Below are positions 37,662 through 51,144 of a DNA stretch of 64,000 nucleotides, piece by piece; the stretch's first letter is position 1; every line of letters begins with the position of its first letter. The stretch spans positions 20,708,001-20,772,000 of the forward strand of contig CM060733.1 of the NCBI GenBank assembly GCA_030704615.1. The letters are read 5' to 3'. A model generated the notes under the pieces. It ran no database searches, was not told the DNA's origin, and saw only the letters and a program-made list of their open reading frames with translations. The stretch is from Takakia lepidozioides. Lineage: Eukaryota > Plantae > Bryophyta. A program made the position numbers and the translations under genes.

Positions 37662-39251
37662 TTAAGTATAATAAGGGTAACTTGCGGTGTAGATAGATCC
37701 AGAACTAGGACCGTATTGATTGGAAGGGTAGACCAAGCAAGGTCTGCACTCTCCTAAGCTGAAGGAGTTAACGTCGTTCCGAGAGGAGTACTCCGCGCCC
37801 TGGTAACCGTCCTCGTCACTGTCGTCCTCGTCACTGGAGGATTCAGAAGCTACCTTCAGAGACAAGATCTCTGCTTTCTTGTGGACTTTCTTAGCCTTCT
37901 TCAGGACGCGGAAAGGGTCAACATATCCAGTGTATATTACGGTTACCTTGGATTTCATCCGGCTGGCGACCACATTAACAACCCCTGCACAGAATATGGC
38001 GCATTAGATCCATGCACATGACAGCTTTAATGGGGATTTAACGTTTGTTCACAACTCTGCTGTCACTCTGACAACTGTGGACATCACACGATGAGTTCAC
38101 TGAGACTGTCTACATGTTCGTAATTCGTGAGCACACAATTAGAAGTCTAAACTCTTACCAACGTTCTACTGCTTTCCTACCAATCGCATAGACGAAAGGT
38201 CCAGCAGCACTGCTAGTTCTTGAAATCCCCATTTTGGGATTGAATACTCTGCATGAACGCATATTTTGTGCTGCTGAATGCACTCACCATCCACTTCGAA
38301 GATTTCTTCCTTCACTTTTTCTTCGCATTTTGCGCAGCACATCCAAACCTTCATTTTAATCTGCTGCACATTCCCCTATCCACACCCCAAGTCAGGGAAT
38401 CATAAGGGTACAAGAATATAGTTCTATACAGCGGGGAAGATGGACCATGATATCTATGCCAGACAGCCATGAACATAAAAGAAAATGGAAATGCAAAAAT
38501 TCTCTGTCAGTGGGAAACAGCAATTCTCCCGATGATAGAAAACCCCCTATTTCGTGTATTGTACATAAAAGTGTAAACATGCATTCAAACTTTAAGCCGT
38601 CATTTTCTGAGACCCAACATTAGTTGCACCCAGCAGCATCCCTTACAACGACTATATCCTTCAGCTAAGATTTCAACTCTGCGAGATACGTTATTTCTCA
38701 CCCTAGAATGTCCAGGGCTAAAAGTGTAGGAGGAAAGGGCTCTAACCGGCAGCATGGCCCGGACAAAGAATCGATTGTTGATCAACCAGGCGGACTCACT
38801 GCTCCCATTCACGTAGACCTGAACAGTCCCACAACGCAAAATGCACCTTTAAGAGGGTGAAATCATCCGGAATTCACAAGAGGGCCCGCGCTGCAGGAGA
38901 GTTGGTCGACCAGCGATCTACCAGAAACATTTGCTCCAGATCTGCGGCTCAATTCACGGTGTATGCATGTAGAAATCTCTCTCTCTCGAATCAGACCCCA
39001 TAAATTCTCTCTATTGATTCGTACAATGATTTGCCTCCTCCCGCACTTAATAGACAAATTTTTTCTTCTATATTCCTCTCTGTCCTTCGCCACCATTCTT
39101 CTGTGTCTCTCTCATTATACACCTTCATTCAATGTTCACACAACTGAGCATCGACTTTCCGCTCCCGTCATACAGAAACTAAACCTCGTAAACTTTGTTA
39201 ACTAGATAGTCGTGCAGACGGTCAATAACATACCTCCCGCAAGTCGGCCAT
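37662..39251 (-). CDS. HMA domain protein (predicted 162 aa)
   Basis: Exons 39251-39234, 38818-38747, 38363-38288 and 37984-37662; QIKMKVWMCCAKCEEKVKEEIFEVDG-VVNVVASRMKSKVTVIYTGYVDP; acidic patch then Tyr-rich tail; TATA-like motif on - near 39560. Confidence 0.85.
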
Positions 39252-40199
39252 CTGCGCCCACAGATATGGAAACTAAGCCAATTTCTTCCTGCACAACCAC
39301 TGTAAACCTCCCACCAACACTGGCAAAAGATGATCAGACGGCTCGAAACCCTCAGGCCAGCTTTGCATAGGGCGCAAAGCAAAACTAAACCTGATCTCGC
39401 CCTAACGGTAATCTGACAAAGGAGCACAAAAGCAAACAGTACAAATCTCCAACACAGAAGTGACCCAAGTCAATTCAACTGGAACACGACAAAGCAGCGA
39501 GGGAGGTCAGGCTTCCACGGCGCACGGTGAGATGCAAGAGTGACGAAGCCACGGTCCTTTTATATCAGCGCCGTCGTTTGCTGTTGACACGACGGTCTTC
39601 TACACTACCGAATATGGGCTCAAACTGGATCACTACTCCCTCACCTCATTGTGTTGCCTTGTGCTCCGCCAATTATTTTCCTCGGTGGGTTGTTTGTTCT
39701 TCCAGCACATCTTCCAACACCAGCAAGCATGTCTACATACGAAGGAGGGCATATAATCTCTCCTCAGTCTGTCCCCACGCTCCGACACTTTGGAACGCAC
39801 ATGGTCCCATCAAACTGGGAATAGAGAAGTCCTCACCTTGACCATACCGTGACTGACGTGGATCTAAAAGCATTCGAGAGTATGTCTCATCAAACTGTAC
39901 TAAAATAATGTGAAACACAGACAAGTAAAAGTCGGTACTGAAACAACGTGTTACCGACAGTTTTTGGGCATATACTACAGATTGAAGGTCGGTAGGTGGG
40001 AGGTGGGTGGGGGATCAAAGTGGCGAATCTTGGACTTTATTTAGTGACGCATGATAGCAATCCACGGATTTACTGTCGAGTGCACTTTTTGTTTGTGGGC
40101 CATACATAAGGACAATGGTTTGGGCACTTAGGGTCCGGTGTGGGCTACAAGCTATTAGAAACAGACTTGCCGTTGCATAGGCCATACACCCAAGTATGA

Positions 40200-41227
40200 T
40201 GGAAAGCTGAGAGAAGTGCAAAAGAGGAGTGAAAGACATCCATCACAGCAAACATGTTACTAAGAGCCCCTTTCCCCAAAGGCTACTTGCTACTGTTCAG
40301 GATGCTTAAGCTTAGTATCAGACACATAGACCAAGGTAATCATTGTCATACCTCTTTCCGGTTTCAGAAGCTCTGAAAGAGTTCCTAGCTGTGCAGGCAT
40401 TCTGTCAAGCTCTAGTAGAGTGGTTACAAATGGAGTGCTCTCTAATGTTGTCCTCTCTCTTTAGCTCGGTCAGGATGTCCCTTATCCCCCTTTCTTTTTT
40501 TCATTGCAGCTAATAACCTGGGCTACTTTTTGGACAGTAACCCTAGTTGATGGCATCCATCTCGGGCCGGCAGATCACTTTAAAACTTCTATGTATGCTA
40601 ATGACTCAGTTTTGTTTCTTAGGAATGACTCCATGTCCCCTATCTAGGCTACTCTCAAGAGTATAAAGGTCTTTTGTTCAGCCTCTGGCTTCTCTGTCAA
40701 CTGGGGCAAAACGGTAGGATTGCTTTCCCGTCCTAACCGCGGCTCCCCCCTCACAATCCTCGTTAGGGTGAGGAATTAGGCATCCGTTGGCTCAGAGATG
40801 GTTAGTCCTATACCCTCCTTGCACATCAGGTGGGCACGGGACTCTCGTGGCAGCAATGTTTCCTGCAAACTTGCTTAAGTTGAGCTCAATTACTGGAGCT
40901 CCACAACACCCACAATTATAGGAAGAGCACTTACGGCCAATCAAATTCTCCTAGCTTCCACATGGTTCATTGCCTCAGTCTGGGACCCGGGCCCTAGACC
41001 TTTATGCAAGCAGATCAGGCATCTCATCAGAAATTTCATTTGGGGTGCTCCCACGACCGGGCAGAATCGTAGAGCCCTGCTTGCTTGGAATTAGCAGCTT
41101 TGTATGAGTAAGAAGCACGGGGAACTAGGAATTTTTGACATTGAATTGCAAGTCAATGCTCTTCTTACTAAATGGCTCCCTTTTGCCATTCTCAATCCTC
41201 ATGCCCCTTGGTCTTGGCTTCTAATTC
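40200..41227 (+). mobile_element. Degenerate L1-type LINE ORF2 fragment
   Basis: Remnants QGCPLSP (~40470), YAND (YADD-like, ~40593), ASGFSVNWGKT, and KKHGELGIFDIELQVNALLTKW. Confidence 0.75.
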
Positions 41228-42480
41228 GAAGGCATATGCCTTCTGGACTTATTTGGCGGGATCAGCACTGGATTGGCTGCAGTGCTGCAGGCAGGTGTAC
41301 GAGTTCGACGTTATCTGTATGTGGAGAAGGATGAGACTGCACGACGCGTCTCACTGCGCCATGTTGCTCGGATGCTGCAGCAGTACCCTGAGTTGTTGCC
41401 GGTGTCTGCAGTTCGTGGATATCAGCAGGCCCTGCCAGCAGACATTGCGTTGCTGGGGGCGCAGGATTTAGAGCGGGTTGGCTCCATTGATCTGGTATTG
41501 GCAGGTTGGCCTGCCAAGGGCATTCATCAGCCGGGCATGGCAATGGATTGCTAGACTCGAGGACGGGTTTGTTTTGGGAGATGGTGCGGATTTTGCGCCA
41601 TTTGCAGCTTCATCAAGCTGTATCTCCGACATACATCTTGGAGAATGTGCCGCTGATGGGTGATTCTCGGGCCAGGGTGATGGCCAGTGTGCATCAAGTC
41701 CGGTCGTGGCTTGGGTCAGCAGTGTTGCTGGATGCAGCTGCAGTGGGGTCACGGGCTCATCGTCCACGACTATGGTGGACTAACTTGATGCCACCCGCAC
41801 TGCTCAAGCGTGCATTTGATGGGGTGCAGCGGCCAGCACACCTCACCATGGATGGCATTTTGGACACAGGAAGGCAGTCTCAACATGTGAGACACGATGA
41901 CCGTTCGCCTTTGGCAGTGGTCAACAGGGTGGGTCAACCACGAGCAGCATTATCTACACTGCTCAGCTTCCCAGGATCCCATGCTTTTCGGGATGGTGGA
42001 CCTGGCCTCCTGTGGGATGCTCAGTTGCAACAGTTAGTGGAGCCTAATGCCGACGAGCGAGAGCGGGCTATGGGGTTTTCCACTGGGACCACGGCGGTGC
42101 CTTCTCTTTCTGAGGCATCACGTCGTCAGGTGTTGGGGCAAGCAATGGATCTCAATTGCTTGACCTGGATTATCAGTTTGGCTGTGGCTGAGCAACGTAG
42201 AGTGCAGAACGCACTTCCCTTGACGGTCTCTCTGCCTACCGAGACGGTACAGGCAGCGAGTGGGGGCAAGCCGGTGAGGACCACGGGGTGTAGACATCCA
42301 TGGCACACGTGGGAGGTGCTCGAGGTCCAGAGGGAGTTGGCAGCCAAGGCAGCTGTGATGGATGACATTGGGGATTCTTCTTGGGTTGAGGAGATTCTCA
42401 ATGATGAGATGATGGGGCAGGATGAGGCCTTGTCATTGACTGAGCAGGAAGGGAGTACTGCTCAAGAGGTTGCAGCATAG
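41228..42480 (+). CDS. C5 cytosine methyltransferase domain, copy 2, intact except for one 1-nt deletion
   Basis: EGICLLDLFGGISTGLAAVLQAG...DLVLAGW(P)CQGHSSAG...YILENV...AHRPRLWWTN...EPNADERERAMGF...RRQVLGQAMD. The only break is CC instead of CCC at the PC motif (~41510). Confidence 0.85.
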
Positions 42481-45247
42481 CAACCACGGGACGCGTCCTC
42501 TACCTCTAAGCCCACTGGACTTAAGGTTGCAGATACGAAGGACAATTGGGAACCTGACATTGGACCCATTGTCACCGAGAGAGACGACGACGTATGCGGC
42601 GGTTCCTGAGGGCTTATAGGAATTGCTTTGCCTTCAGTTTGAAGGACTTGGGAAGCACTGAAGGGTCAAGAGATTCGCATTGAATTGGCTACTGACACGC
42701 CAATCTTTTGGAGATCCTATAGATACAGTGACATGGAGAGGTCCTTGATTCAGATGAGAACTCAGGATCTTTGGGAGGCAGGTTTGGTGGAGCTCTGGTG
42801 GAGAGTATGCTTCAGCCACAATGATGCCAGCTAAGAAGGATGTCTATGGCAATTGGACGGAGAGACGTATGTGCGGTGATTACCGGCCTGTAAATCATCA
42901 GACCAAGTCCGATAGGTATGCCATGCCAACACCAGAGGAGATCTTTGATGCCATTGGGCATTCCAAGGTCTTTAGCACGTTGGATTTACGATCCGGATAT
43001 CACCAGTTGCCGATCAAGGAGGCGGATAAGCAAAAGACGGCATTCTGGGGGATCAATGAGCACGGGAAGGATTGCCTATACTAGTGGCGGTTCTTACCAT
43101 TTGGGCTTAAAAACGCTCCCGCTGAGTTTCAAAGAGTCATGGACAGGATTCTAGCAGGGGGTGGAGTTTGCTCGGTGCTACATAGATGACATCATCATCT
43201 TTAGTGCTACGGTGGAGGAGCATGAGAGACACCTTCAGGGGGTATTTGAGCGCTTAAGGACGCACGGATTGAAGTTACATCGGGCAAGTGCAAGTTTTTC
43301 CACAACCAGATTGAGTATCTGGGTCACATGATATATCCTGGAGGATTGGGGGTACAGCAGACTAAGGTAGAGTCCATTGCACAGGTTCCACGCCCCACGG
43401 ATGTGAGCCGAGTTTGAGCTTTCATGGGGTTAGCAAACTATTACAGACGGTTTGTTAAGGGATTCAATGCCATTGCAAAGGCTCTAACCAAGCTGACCAA
43501 GGTGGACCAGGAGTGGCAGTGGGAAGATGAGAGCAAGAACAAGCTTTTCAAGAGCTCAAGGCGAGGTTGACCTCGGCGCCCATCTTGAGACGACCTATCA
43601 GGGGGCGTCCTTTTCAGCTGCATACAGATTGGAGCATGCTGGGGCTTGGAGCGGTGCTCACACAGGTGGATGATGAGGGAAGAGAGTTCGTAGTGGCTTA
43701 TGCTAGCCGCTCGAACAATGCTGCAGAGTCTAAGTATAGCTCATATGAGGGAGAATGCTTAGCTGCAGTGTGGGCCATGGCACACTTCAGGTGCTATCTA
43801 TATGGCAATCTCTTCACCCTTGTCACGGATCACCAACCACTCAAGTGGTTGATGGAGTCAGACAAGCTTACGGGGAAGCTTGCACGGTGGGCACTCATCC
43901 TTCAAGAGTATGACTTTCAGGTGGTGCATCGACCGGGTTTGGTCAATCGCAATGCAGATGGGTTGAGTCGCAATCCATGCACGAGCCAGCAGGATGACAC
44001 TAGAGCTCGGTGGCATGGTGAGACGGACGAGGAGATGGTGCCCGGATGGCATGCATCTGCATTTCTGTGTATCTTGGCAGCGGAAGGCCAGGTTGGACCT
44101 GCAACAGGGATGACTGTAGATCAAGTGTCTGAGGACCCTGAGGCCAGCAATGAGCAAGGTGGCGCCAAAGATATACATGAGGATTCAGTTGTGTTGGACT
44201 ACCTCCGCACTGGAGACACGGCAGCCACTTTGACTGTCAAGGAGAGGGATCGGATCCTACAACGAGCCAAGAGGTTCAAGTGGGAGGGGACACACCTGCT
44301 CCGAGTGTGGGAGGATGGTCGAGTGAGGATTGTGCCTCACCCAACACAGCGGGCACGGTTAGTGCGCCATGCCCATGAGGAGTTGGGGCATTTTGGGGTG
44401 CGACGCACTCATAGTCTACTGCAGGGGCAGTATTGGTGGCGTGGTATGCACACAGAGGTGCAACAATTTGTGGCTAGGTGCATGGTGTGTGACAGGGTGC
44501 GTGCTTCATTCAACGCCCCTACTCCACAATTGCACCCTCTTCCGATCATGGGATTGGGCTACAGGTGGAGTCTTGACTTCGCAGGGCCGTTGCCACTAAC
44601 CATGCGCCACAACAAGTACGTGTTGGTGATGGTGGAGCACTTCTCCAAGTGGATTGAATTGGTTCTATTGCATGATAAGGCTAGTAAGGGAGCTGCGTAT
44701 GCATTCCTGGATTGTGTGCTTAGCCGATTCGGTGCTCCGGCTGAGGTACTCACGGACCAAGGGGAGAGAGTTCTTGGGGGAGTTTCAGGCTTTGTGTGAC
44801 AAGGCCTTGATAGACCACCGCACCACTTCTCGGGATCATCCTGAGGCCGATGGCTTGGCAGAGAGAGTTGTTCAGACAGTAAAGAGGGGTTTGCGCAAGT
44901 ATGGCTTGCAGAAGGGACACCTAGGAGATTGGGACCTTCAGTTACCCTGGTTAGCCATGGGCTACAGGTTCAGCAAGCAAGCATCACTTGCCTCCTTCTC
45001 ACCATACTTTCTTCTCTTTGGCCGAGAGCCGGATTTGCCTACATCCATTCGCAGAGAAGCTGCTACAGTTCTTAACCTTGACGATCCAGACGTGTGGGCA
45101 CGTGCATGTGAGCAGCGTGCAGAGTTGTTCAAGAGAGTCATGCCCATGGCTTTCGAGAACCTTGCCATTGCACAACACCGTGATACGTTGAGGTATGCTA
45201 CCATACGTGGTGGGGGCTATCGTCCTGGGGTTCGGAGATTCAACCCT
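41228..45247 (+). mobile_element. Second, truncated copy of the DNMT-carrying Gypsy family (DNMT-RT-RH-IN; no LTR, gag or PHD)
   Basis: Collinear with ~7420-11444, roughly 90% identical by eye; long ORFs at 41506-42480 and 43567-44799. Confidence 0.93.
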
Positions 45248-45976
45248 TTCTGCAGCTATCCCCCCAAAAACTGAGTCAAACAGAGTCCATTTGACAAAGA
45301 TATGACCAATTTGGTTTTAAATCATTTAAATTAGATCAAAAGGGCCCCCCTTTTTTTTTTAAAGGTTTGAGGGTCAAAGCATGCTACGGTCCACCCAAAA
45401 TGGACGTCCCAAGCTCTCTGCGAATGCAGTGCCACATAGAAGGACTGACATGGATGTTGGATATAAGTGCATTTTGAAAGTTTAGACATGAATCATTGAT
45501 CCTTATTCTGTGCTGAAAACAACGGTGGTTTTCTTTTTGGAATCCATGGAGATTTGAGCATTGAATGAAGTCCAAACGTAAAAGTATGTATGATGTCCAA
45601 AGTAAGGTTGTGGACTATATGGAATCAATTGGAGTGGTGGAAAACTTCAATTCACATAGGGATTTTAATGTCCAGTAGGAAGGTCACCGTTATACGTGGA
45701 AACCACAATGTAGCCCTAAGAATTAGTTTATGAGATATGTGAGAAATTTTCAAAATCTATCATTTTATCTTGGAACATCCTAATTCATTATACCTTCTTC
45801 CATTCATTTTCATGCTATGGTCCTTTCATAAGAAGTGTAGCTTTCAAGACTCCCTAAGGCACTTTACAATGATATGGAGGTTTATGAAGGAATGAACTGC
45901 TTGATGATTTTTCATGAAGAGAGTTACATTGGTGTATATTTTGGAAAATCTAGAAAATAATGTAACATTCACATAA

Positions 45977-46234
45977 GGGCAAAGGGGTTGCAGGAGACAC
46001 TAAAGGTTGCTACGTATGCCATTTTGGTGAAAAAAACTAAGTCGTTCGAGCTGCCTACCGTGAGATATGGACTGCGCGGCTGCGTCCGCCATGGATGCTG
46101 CATGAAAAGCTTCAAGATAACAGTCTCGCGCATGGATTGTGCAAGACGGCGGGTCACCCGTCGCCGGGTGGTCTGTCAACGTAGATTTTCAAAATGTCTG
46201 CGCGTTTGCAAGTGTGGCCCATACACCTTTGCCC
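45977..46234. mobile_element. Tourist-like (Harbinger) MITE
   Basis: TIR GGGCAAAGG / CCTTTGCCC flanked by TAA on both sides. Confidence 0.65.
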
Positions 46235-47568
46235 TAATGGCCTAACGTTCTCGTGCTATCGATCTTCTTTCTCATATTTTTGAGTGTGCAGAGATAGCCA
46301 TGCATGATATGCTTTCAGTTCTTATGTAATGCACTAGAGCGCACAAACAGCCTGGACACGTTGGATACGGGGTGCGACACGGGCAGTATTGGCGTGCAAC
46401 CTCGCCATTGACGTATCTTCGTGCAACCTGGCCATTTCCTCCAGCATTCGGGGTGTTTGGTTTTGCTTGTCGTACTCACTACGCACGCACATTCATTTGT
46501 CTATGTTGCTCACCTGAGTTCCAAGAAAGTGCCATGTGTAGTATTTATGTGATACATGTGTGAGTTTTGGAGGTTGCAATCTTTGTATAGTGATAACTAG
46601 CTGTAAGTGGTATTGTGTTTGCGTTTGTGAGGGTCACAATCTGAACCATATCAGCCCCATCTACTAGCTCAAGTCTTGGGTACGCAAGCTGCTTGTAGGT
46701 CGCGTGCACTTCAATTGCAGCTACTTACAGCCTGCGCATTACCTCCATCTAGAATAATGTTAATCTTCCTCAAGTTGAGCATGAGTAAGAGGATGTACTA
46801 CGCGTTAGTTTGGATAGGTTCTCTATCCAGGGCTCCCGCCACCATAGCAATCTCATGCCTTATCGTGCTCATCCTGTTTTTGAGTGGGAACCCCTACGCA
46901 TATTGCATTGACTGCCCTATAGCAGGAGACTTGATTATATACAGGGTCCCTCTCAAGGTGCATCCTTGGGGGTTCAAAATGTTGTATTGTGATGATATGC
47001 GATTTTCCTGCTGATGATATGCGTTCTTTGCTGCTGCTGCGTTTGGTGGAATTTTACCAGGTATTCAGCTGAGGTGAGGCCAGGGCGCTTTGGGATAATA
47101 ATTACACTGTACAAGCAGCAGCTATTACTGCTTCAGAATCGCTTTATTCGTGCACTAGGTTCTGTGCAGCATGTGACATTGAGTTCAATACTGTGGATGG
47201 GTTTCAAGGACGTGAAGTCGACATTCTGATTTTGTCCACAGTCCGGACGACAAGGGCGAGAGAATAATAGGAATGGTGAAGTAAATCGTGGAAGCATTGG
47301 GTTTGTGGTTGATTACATAACAAGTAAAGGTGGGGGCTCTCCCATTTGTTGTCATATTCATTGCAGATTTTCCTACTTGGTGTAAATTGGTGCAACAGAA
47401 CCGAAAGTGTTGATATTCTTCTCACATTTGCTTTGGGTTGTTTTGCAGGCCATGTTTTCATACAACTGAATTGGACTGGGACAACCATTGGGAGAGAGAG
47501 TACACTTAAGCAAACTGTTGTCTGGTTTTCCGATCTCTATATTGTGCTAACAGTTGTATCAGTTTTCA

Positions 47569-50500
47569 ATGGGGAACAAGAAGAACAAGTATAGGGTAAA
47601 TGGAGAGGTAAGACCAGGCCCTCAAAAAAGGGCAAAACTGGCTTTGTTGGCTGCAGCCAGGCCCACCGAGGATGCACGCAAACAAACCCACGCTGACCAG
47701 AAAAGAATGTATAGGGAGAGACTTCAAGCCCAAAAAGAGGCAGAGATTAATGCGGCTACTACAACGTCTGGGCAAGGTTCTGTGGAAGATGCCAGGGTGG
47801 GGTTTGGAGAACGAGACAAGAGGAGAATAGCTTTGAAAATGGCCGACTTCTGTTACAAGCAATTGAGGGAATGCCCAACACTTCATTCACAAACAGAGGT
47901 AATGGAGTTATTTTTGGGTCACCATCTCATTAAACTCAGCTTACCTGCCTATTACTTGCGCCTAAGGAGGCCAAGGCGCATGCAGATTGTTGAGAACCAG
48001 CAGAGCTCCATGCAACTTGTTAAGGGTGTGCAGTCTTTAGATAAGCTTGCGAGTAAACGCTCATTCTTAACAGCGTCTGTTAGTGGAACCCAGACCACTA
48101 CTGTGAGGGCAACGGCACGTATTCTTAATATTCATCATAGCAATATTAGTCGTGCAATTGTACGACGAAGAGTCATTGATTCAGAAGGTGAGGGTTTGTG
48201 GGCTTTGGGTGGGAGAAAGAAAAGGTCTGATCATGTACCAGATGCGACCGACGATCGTTTTGGCTTGGTGGGTAAATGAGACACGAGTGTCACCCAACAA
48301 GAAAGATGTCGTGAGGCAGCGCGTATCGAGGAAAGTCTATGATACACAAACCTGCTCACTATCTTCTTGAGACTCAGGTAAGCGAACCCTCTCTTTACAG
48401 TGTTTGTGTGGGCTCTCAGTACTTTACAATCCTTCTACACTTACTACTGTACATAACTGTATTGGACTATGTTGGAGTTTGTCAACTGCCATTTGTGTTT
48501 GGGTTGCCTCGTACATTTTCCCTAGACAAGGTACATCGTCACCTGTAAACCTACCAGTGGACTGAGATTACTGTACTCAATTGTGGACACTATGTCCAGC
48601 TCATGTCCTGAATTGGAGTGTCTTGAAGATGTCCCTCTTGTTCATGGACTGGTACTCATTGTAAACAGGCCTGGGATGGACTAGAAGTACGACTCACTAG
48701 CATGCACTCCTTATATTATGACTAGATAGGACAAAATAGCATGCACTCCATGTAATTTGATTTGGAGGGACTAGAAGTCGATGTACATGTACTCCATTAG
48801 TACATGCACTCCTTGAAATGTGACTAGAAAAGGACAATGACTAGGACTAGGGACCGATTTGGACATGCATTCCTTGATATGTGACTAGAAAGAAGTAGGA
48901 CTAGGACTGATTAGGACATGCATTCATTGGTATGTGACTAGGACTAGGACTAGGACTGGTTAGTACATGCATTCCTTAATATGTGACTAGAAAGGACTCA
49001 CACTCGGACTGATTAGTACATGTACTACTTCATATGTGACTAGGAAGGACTAGGTCTAGGACTACTAGGACTGATTAGTACTTGTACAATTTGACATGTG
49101 ATGAGAAAGGACTATGACTAAGACTAGGTCTAGGACTGGTCTAGGTCTAGTAGTAGGTATTCTTAGTGCATGCACTAAATGGGATTCTCTTTGTGCATGT
49201 TGTGGTGGCAATGCAGACTGCTTTCTTTCTTCGCTTCAAATCAGCCCATCCCAATGTCAAAGTGGGTCAACGATTGTTTGAGTTGTTTGAGGCCATTCTT
49301 TGTCAAACGCCTGAAGGATCGTAATGTTTGTTGCTGCAAATATCATGTGGAGATGGCGGAGTTGAAGGATGGGTTCAACAACATGCGGACTGCCGAGAGG
49401 GGTGTCCACTCTCCATCATCATGTACTTGTGACTGTAATATTTGTCGACGTGGACCAGTATTAGATGGTGAAGCTGGTTGTCAAGCGAACAAGCACCCCT
49501 ACAAAGGAGGAGTGACTTGGCTTTGGCAAGAAATTGTTTGTCCCAAAGGGGAATTGGATGAATGGCATCGGCGAGACTGTCTCATGGGAGAGTGCTTGAG
49601 GTGTGGCTCAAGTAAGTTATCTATTTGTCCCGTGGAGGCAAATGGTTGTGATTTGACAGTGCAGTGGAGATGCTATGCAAAAGAGAAATGTTGGGGAGAA
49701 AAGATGGAGCCCCTAGAATGAGACTGAAACTCCAATACCAAACGACTTCCTCTGTTGAATTCTTGTCGTACTTCAAACCCAAGCTACAGGCTTTTGTTCG
49801 TCATAACTTTGTAGCCCGATGGCAAGATGCTCAGTTTAAAGCCAGTTTGAAATCTTTGCCAGAGAATACAATATTGTCTGTTGTTGACTTTGCTGAAAAC
49901 TACACTTTTACAGTTCAGAATGAAGTGCAAGAGATGCACTGGCACAGTTTCCAGATCACTATATTGGTGCACATTACCTACCGGTGGAATCCACACCCTG
50001 ATGTGAATGATCCCGATTCCAAGGTTTTGAAAGAAATGCACTTTTACATTTCTGATGACAACAAGCATGACACGTTGTTCGTACAACATTGCTTTCGGTT
50101 TAATTGGAATTACCTTGCTGAAGCAGGGTTCAGACCTGAATCGCATTGGGTATGGAGTGACGGTTGTGCTGCTCAGTTTAAAGGTGCTCGTCCTTGGTAT
50201 TTTGTTAGTAGGTACCCCCACATCACAGGGGGTTGCACAATGTGGTGGAACTTTTTTGGATCAGGGCACGGGAAAGGTGAGCACGATGGGGCTGGTGCTG
50301 TGATCAAGAGGGCTTTTACGAGCAGAGCAGTTAAACTCAAATGGTGTGAAGCTGCAAAATGCTGCTGAGGCAGTAGCTTTTTTGCGCAAGAACCTGTCCA
50401 CCCGACCTCCTTCTTCGTACTCTAAGATTAGAACAGCAGTGAAAAGACATTTTTGGCTTGTTCGTACAGAAGATGTTGACCGTACACAAGAGTGGGATTG

Positions 50501-51144
50501 CAAGACCGTACCTGGAACTCGGTCTTTACATTCCATTCTTGGGAGGAACAAGTCAGACCCAACCAAACTTATGGTTCGAGACTTAGCATGTTTTTGTCCG
50601 CATTGTTTGGATCTTGATTGGGACAACTGCATCAGTATTGCTCATGCACAAAAATGGAAGTTGCAAACCCTGCAACCTACAAAATACAACTGTTGTCCGG
50701 AGGCAGATTGAAGAAGAAGGGGATGAAGAACAAGAGTTTGGGGGGAGATGGGGAGGACTTGGCCTCCTGCTTGGATGCAGGGGACAATTTTGCCTGCAAT
50801 GCTGAAGCTGGAAACTCAGAAGGGGTGGACTTCTACTTGCTCTGTTGTGAAAGGCCGGTTCACGTTGTTATGGAGACATTCACAGATGGGTGGGGAAGTA
50901 CTTTTGACCCTGGCGAGCATGTGTTGCAGGGAGATATTACCAGTTGTGTGGAAGAAGAGATAAGGCTTACAAGTTCCTATCTGACCAGCCTTTGGCATTT
51001 CTGTATTCGCATTTGGTGAGGGCTATCAAATTTGCTATGCCTCCAGCGACATATCGAGTCAAAGGCAAGGATGCAGTCTTCACCTTGTCTGCGGATGCAT
51101 TGGAAGGCATCAATGAAGCTCTGGCAGCAATGGAAGATCGCTAA
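47569..51144 (+). pseudogene. Sola-like (Sola2-type) DDD transposase, intron-containing, frameshifted
   Basis: VVDFAENY, WSDGCAAQFK and HGKGEHDGAGAVIKR triad motifs; Cys-rich segments; VPGTRSLH and CFCPHC. Intron 48378-49216 joins LLETQ to TAFFLRFKSAHPNVKVG. Superfamily assigned from recalled motifs only. Confidence 0.7.
48675..49155 (+). repeat. Degenerate GACTAG / CATGCATTCC minisatellite inside the transposase intron
   Basis: About 50-60-bp units TAGTACATGCA(T/C)TCCTT..TATGTGACTAG with GGACTA subrepeats. Confidence 0.8.
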
